Source: the human T2T-CHM13v2.0 reference genome, Homo sapiens
Assembly (NCBI RefSeq): GCF_009914755.1
Contig: NC_060941.1
Direction: 5' to 3' (one strand)
DNA length: 64,000 nucleotides
The notes beneath the pieces are model-generated. The model was given only the letters and a program-made list of their open reading frames with translations. It had not been told where the DNA came from and did not search any database. Each line of letters opens with the position of its first letter. Position 1 is the stretch's first letter. This document shows, in pieces, positions 56,917 through 64,000 of the stretch. The position numbers were made by a program, and so were the translations under genes.

Positions 56917-58449
56917 TACTGAATTTTCCAGAAGTGTAGCTATCATAAAACAAAGGAATGTCATCCTTTATTATTTTAGAAAATCTTGCTACTTCGGCAA
57001 AGCTGTTCATAATATTTGAGTCACCAATAAGACACTTATATCAGTCTACAAATGAGGCTGCTGGATTCACAGTGCTTCTATGTGGCAAGCAACTATCAGT
57101 TTCTTTTTCTAGTGGAGTATTATCTAAGCATTTATAAACATGGGGCCACTATATTTGTAATGCACTGTATTTGTAATGTAAAGTGGTGCCCTTGGAATTG
57201 TGCACTGCATGATTGGCACGGCATAGATGACAGCCCTGGAAGTACTTATAAATTTCCTTTATGTTCTTCTTTAAAGTTAGGGCATTATATTAACATTCTT
57301 TCCACTAATTTTAACATAAAAGGGGTTACTGTCTTTGGTGGGGCAGAAATTCGTTTGAGGTGGGGTCAAGAGATAGAGCAAAAAGAAAAAGCAATGGATA
57401 TAAGGCGACACAGAGGAAAGCAATTTTTTTTTTCTCCTAAGAAGAAAGGATAAGCATATTTAAATGTTAATAGGATGAAGCCAGAAGAAAGGCAGGTAAA
57501 TGCTCAAGATAGAGAACGACTTTATAAAGGGATGTGGTTTTGGAAAGGAAAAGGGACACCTTTCCCAATTTCAGTTTTAAATCAAGTAGGTCCACGGATT
57601 TGAAGGCAGGAAAGTATTCCCCCTGAGGGAAGGAGCTCAGACAGAAGTTAAAATGGAGTAGAGAAGAGAAAGGCGGAAATAAAAGGTGTGGCAAAATATG
57701 GCAGGATTGCAGAGGAATATTGAAAGCCTGGTTAAGATTAATGATGACTTTTTAATGGCAACATACTATTTGTGATTTTCTCCAGTAGTACTTAGAAGCC
57801 AAAAGACTAAAACTACTAATCACTTCCTCCAGACATACAAACTAACCTCCATCCACACTCATCCTTTGCTCTCCCCTCCTACTGAAATGGTAGTTGGATG
57901 TATCCAAGTTTAAATTATGCCAGGAGCACGCCCCAAGACACAGTGGTACAAGGGAATTTAGGATAAGGGTAAGAATGTTTGACATGATAGACCATGCAAC
58001 CTGTGTTATTACATTTTTCTCTTTTGGCCTACCTGATAAAAAGCAACCTGTATTATCAAAGACTGATTTATGGACAATAAAGTGATGCATGCTATTTATC
58101 TAGACATGCTGTTGAAGAACAGGTGTAATGAAAGTAAACTGGAAAGACTTAGAGCGATGCATAGGGTTTTGATTTTGGAGACGAACAATTACAAAGAACA
58201 TAGCTATAGGAATGGGTATCTGAAATAGAAGTGTGACTACTTTCTACTTTTTCAATTCTTTTAGTTTTATGATATACTGCTTCCCTTCCACAAATACTGA
58301 TTGACCCTGTTCTAGAATCTAAGGGATACAGGAGTGCACAAAGCAGAAAAAGTCCTTTCTCTAATGAAGCTTACATTTTAGCAATGGTTTTGAAATGGTC
58401 CAATCCTAATTTTGAATTTCTTTCATGCTGTTTTAAAACTTTGGGGTTT

Positions 58450-58754
58450 TTTTGTTTGTTTGTTTGTCTATTTGAGATGGAGTCTCGCTCTGTCGCCCAG
58501 GCTAGCATGCAGTGGCGCGATCTCAGCTCACTGCCAGCTCCGCCTCCCGGGTTCATGCCATTCTCCTGCCTCAGCCTCCCTACAGGCACCCACCATCACA
58601 CCCGGCTAATTTTTTTTTTTTTTTTTTGTATTTTTAGTAGAGACAGGGTTTCACCGTGTTAGCCAGGATGGTCTCAATCTCCTGACCTCGTGATCCGCCC
58701 ACCTCGGCCTCCCAAAGTGCTGGGATTACAGGTGTGAGCCACTGTGCTCGGCCA
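58450..58754 (-). mobile_element. AluY-like
   Basis: Alu consensus with AluY-type accgtgttagccaggatg. Confidence 0.9.
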
Positions 58755-59035
58755 AAACTTTGTCTTTATAGCTCAAAATTTCCACAATACTTTGACATGT
58801 ATTGTTATTTGATCCACTGAGAAGTGAGGATTACTGCCATATCAAAAATGAAGAAATTCAGACCAAGAGAAGTTAAGTTCAATAAAACAAATGTTTACTG
58901 GCTATCTATGTGCCAGCCATACACCCTGTTAAGCTGAGGATATAGTGATGAATATGGGCCACTGTCAGCTGTTCATAGATAAGTAGTGAAGACAAATAAT
59001 TGCAAGACTGGTAAATGTTATAAAAAGGTGTTTGA

Positions 59036-59305
59036 CAGTCCCATCGGGGGTGAGATGGGAGGCAGTGACAGATCATCAGACATTAGATTCTCATAAGAAG
59101 TACACAACATAGATCCCTCGCATGGGCAGTTCATAACAGGGTTCACACTCGCATGAGAATCTAATGCTGTCGCTAATTAGACGGAGCTCAGGAGGTAATG
59201 TTAGCGATGGGGAGTGGCTGCAAATACAGATAAAACTTCACTCAGTTGCCCACCACTCACCTCCTGCTGTGCGGCCCAGTTCCTAACAGGCCACAGGGAC
59301 GCCTG
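59036..59305 (+). mobile_element. MER1A fragment (hAT-Charlie)
   Basis: cattagattctcata...atgagaatctaatg inverted core; ctcacctcctgctgtgcggcccagttcctaacaggccac. Confidence 0.8.
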
Positions 59306-59481
59306 TTCTAAAAGATACCTGAGCCTTGACTAGCAGTTGGCAATAGATACAGGGAGATCATTTCAGAGGCTGCTATAATGTAGTAATAGTTAACATTTAT
59401 GAAGTGTTCTGCTACACACTGGCTAAACACTCTATAGGAATTGTCTTCTTTAATGTGCCTAACAGCACTTCAAGGTAAATA

Positions 59482-60147
59482 GAGCTGGTCATGGACTTAC
59501 TGTAGTTTCGCTTAAGCTTTTTGGCTTTACAATGGTTCAAAAGCAACACATATTCAGTAGAAACTTTACCCATACAAACATTCTGTTTTTCACCTTCAGT
59601 ACAGTATTCAAAGAATTACATGAGATATTCAACACTTGTAGGCCTTATGTTAGATGATTTTGCCCTATTGTACGCTAATAAATTAAGTGTTCTGAGCACC
59701 TTTAAGGTAGGCTAGGCTAAACTACCATGTTTGGTAGGTTAGGTGTATTAAATTTATTTCCAACTTCTATTTCCTTTTCTAAGAGACAGGGTTTCACTCT
59801 TTTGTCCAGGCTGGAATACAGTGGAGTGATCATAGCTCACTGCAGCCTCGAACTCCTGAGCTCAAGCAATCCTCCCACTTCAACCTCCCCAGTAGCTGGG
59901 ACTACAAGCACATACCACCACACACTGCTAATTTAAAAAAAAACTTTTTTTTTTAAGACACAGGGGTTTCATTATGTTGCCCAGGCTGGTCTCGAACTCT
60001 GGGCCTCATATGATCCCTCCCACCTCAGCCTCCCATGTAGCTACATTTACAGGCATGAGCCACTGTGCCTGGCTCTCAATTTATGGTACTTTCAATTTAT
60101 GATGGGTTTATCAGGATATAACCCCACCCTAAGTTGAGAAGCATCTA
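59482..60147 (+). mobile_element. MER47A non-autonomous Tigger5 derivative, opposite orientation to the Tigger5 copy, interrupted by an Alu (~59770-60073)
   Basis: Reverse complement of the 55363-55620 and 56838-56916 sequences; TA flanks. Confidence 0.85.
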
Positions 60148-60261
60148 TATATAATTATGATCCCCATTTTTCGGATGTAGAAAAATGAGGTACACAAGTT
60201 ATAGCTTGCCTAAATTCACCCAGCTCATAAGTGGTCGTCTTAATCCAGAGCCCTTGTTCTT

Positions 60262-60870
<609 letters not shown>

Positions 60871-61544
60871 TAACATTACTATATCAGGCCTCTCCCAGCA
60901 GTCTAGATGAGATGATGGTCATTTAGACAACAGTAGTGGGAATGAGAAATAAAAAAAGTGTCTAAGGTACACCTGTCTGATTTAGTGACTGACAGGAAGT
61001 CTGGTGGCAAAAGAAAGGGAGAAGTTAATAATGACAGCTAGATTTGAACAAATGGAGAATTTTGGTGAAATACCAGGTTTGAATGGAAAAGATAATGAAT
61101 TAGTTTTGTTCTGAACAAAAGACATCTCAGAGATATCTAGAAAGAAGAAAAAAAAGGATATATCAGCTTAAAGGACAGAAAGGTCTAGGATATATCAGTT
61201 TAAAGTCAGAAAGGTCTGGGCTGGAAATATAGATTTGAGAGACCTTACCATATAATTGAAGTTACTGAAGAGATGGAAGAGTATGAGGCCACTTGGACAA
61301 ATATGTAGAATGAAGAAAGGACTAAAACATAATCCTGAGGAAATGAACATTAGGAATCAAAGGAGACTGACATGGAGTGGCCAGGAGTAGGAGGGTCACA
61401 TAGGGTAAGCTGTAGTGCACCTAGTTTCAGTGCTCTTCCACTCAAGTGCCTAAATACGGTGACAGGGCTGCACAGACATAGTATTTATGGTTCTAGTGCC
61501 TTTACAGCCCCCACCCCCTAAAAGAGACAAAGACAGAGAATTCT

Positions 61545-61836
61545 TTTTTTTTTCTTAAGACGGCATCTCACTTTGTCACCCAGGCTGGAGTGCAGTGGCG
61601 CCATCTCAGCTCACTGCAACCTCTGCCTCCGGGTTCAAGCAATTCTCCCGCCTCAGCCTCCCACGTACATGGGATTACAGGCACCCGCCACCACACCTGG
61701 CTAATTTTTGTATTTTTAGTAGAGACGGGGTTTCACCATGTTGGCCAGGCTGGTCTCGAACTCCTGACCTCAAGTGATCTGCCTGCCTCAGCCTCCCAAA
61801 GTGCTGGGATACAGGCATGGGCCACCATGCCTGGCC
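61545..61836 (-). mobile_element. AluS
   Basis: Alu consensus. Confidence 0.92.
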
Positions 61837-62118
61837 AAGTTTCTATTTGATGCTTACATATCAGCAGGACTTTTCTTTGATAATCTAACAACCAGACTCC
61901 AAACTGAACAAATATGCAATGTCAGCAATTAGGATTCTCTGAAATAATTTCTAGGCTGCAAAGTAACCAAATATCCCATACACTACATTCCGGTACTATC
62001 TGGAGAAGGAACTGCTCTACATAGAGAAGCTATTATGTGCTGGATAACATACTAAATCCTTTATATCCATTACCTCATTTATTGTTGCTATGAACACATA
62101 AAAAGGAAGATATATTAG

Positions 62119-62673
<555 letters not shown>

Positions 62674-63104
62674 ACCCAATAAGATCAAAAACAGGACAGT
62701 GAAAGTTCCAAAAGTTACCAAGTTTATTTATTATGTCCCATATCTCAATGGAGTGTCTAATCATAAAAATGCTAAAATTAACACATATTTTTGTTCTTTA
62801 GGATGTTCTAATCTCATATTAATCTGATCAGATTATCATCTAACTCCTCTAAAACAACATGTCTGTCTCTTTTTCTGTACACTTACGACAAGCGTATCAA
62901 TAAGCCTAGTGCCTAAGACTAAGGTAAAACAAATAACCATTCTTTGTCTCATAAATAATTCTGGGCAATGACAGCAGAACAAAATAAGTACATCCTATAA
63001 AATCTTCTTCTTGGTGCCTTCTAATTCCCCTGCCTCAGTAAACCCATTTCAGTAGTGCTCTTGATCCCATTACCTCCTTCTGCACCATGCTCCACCCGTT
63101 AATC

Positions 63105-63238
63105 TTTTTTTAAGAGACAGGGTCTCACTATGTGGCCCCCTATGTGGCCCAGGCTGTTCTCAAACTCCTGGGCTCAAGCAATCCTCCTGTCTCAGCCTCC
63201 CAAAGTGTTGGATTACAGGCTGAGCCACCGCGCCGGGT
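63105..63238 (-). mobile_element. Alu monomer (FLAM-like)
   Basis: Alu consensus. Confidence 0.85.
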
Positions 63239-63384
63239 CTGCAGTTTACAACCGAAAAAAACAAACAAACCTTTCCCAAATCTTCTCTGACCCTTAAGCC
63301 ACTGCCCCACTTTCCCTGTATAGCATATTCCCAGAGTCTAGTATGGTGCCTGGGGTATGTCAGTAAGGATTAATACCTCTCTAG

Positions 63385-64000
<616 letters not shown>

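Noticed and set aside
56657-57453. 120-aa and 133-aa plus-strand ORFs
   Set aside because: Antisense to the transposon end or low-information intron sequence; no recognisable homology.
61156-61219. ~32-bp imperfect tandem duplication (ggatatatcag...agaaaggtct)
   Set aside because: Only two diverged copies within old repeat-like intron sequence; ordinary slippage, not an array.

Overview
Human (primate) genomic DNA, recognisable as the CLTC/PTRH2 locus on 17q23. The + strand carries CLTC (clathrin heavy chain 1) from exon 2 to the stop codon and 3'UTR. All 31 constitutive coding exons in the window were placed with GT-AG boundaries and a continuous frame. Three alternative events are also visible: a 21-nt muscle-type microexon (VDAIKEK), a +12-nt alternative donor on exon 2, and a read-through (NLSL*) C-terminus. 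Convergent on the - strand is the single coding exon of PTRH2 (Bit1) and most of its upstream intron, with CpG content rising toward the promoter just beyond the right edge. Introns are rich in Alu, L1, L2/MIR and DNA-transposon fossils (Tigger1, Tigger4a, Tigger5/MER47, MER20, MER3, MER1A). The most unusual object is a ~1.55-kb internally deleted Tigger5 element inside the PTRH2 intron, co-oriented with PTRH2. It still holds an open 246-codon ORF with both CENP-B-type HTH DNA-binding domains. The catalytic DDE region is removed in frame, only one frameshift separates the ORF from the native C-terminus, and it has a candidate splice acceptor and poly(A) signal. A cognate MER47 target lies inverted 2.6 kb away. 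It is a candidate domesticated or exon-trap transposase-derived DNA-binding protein. Repeat family names come from recalled consensus sequences and their coordinates are approximate.
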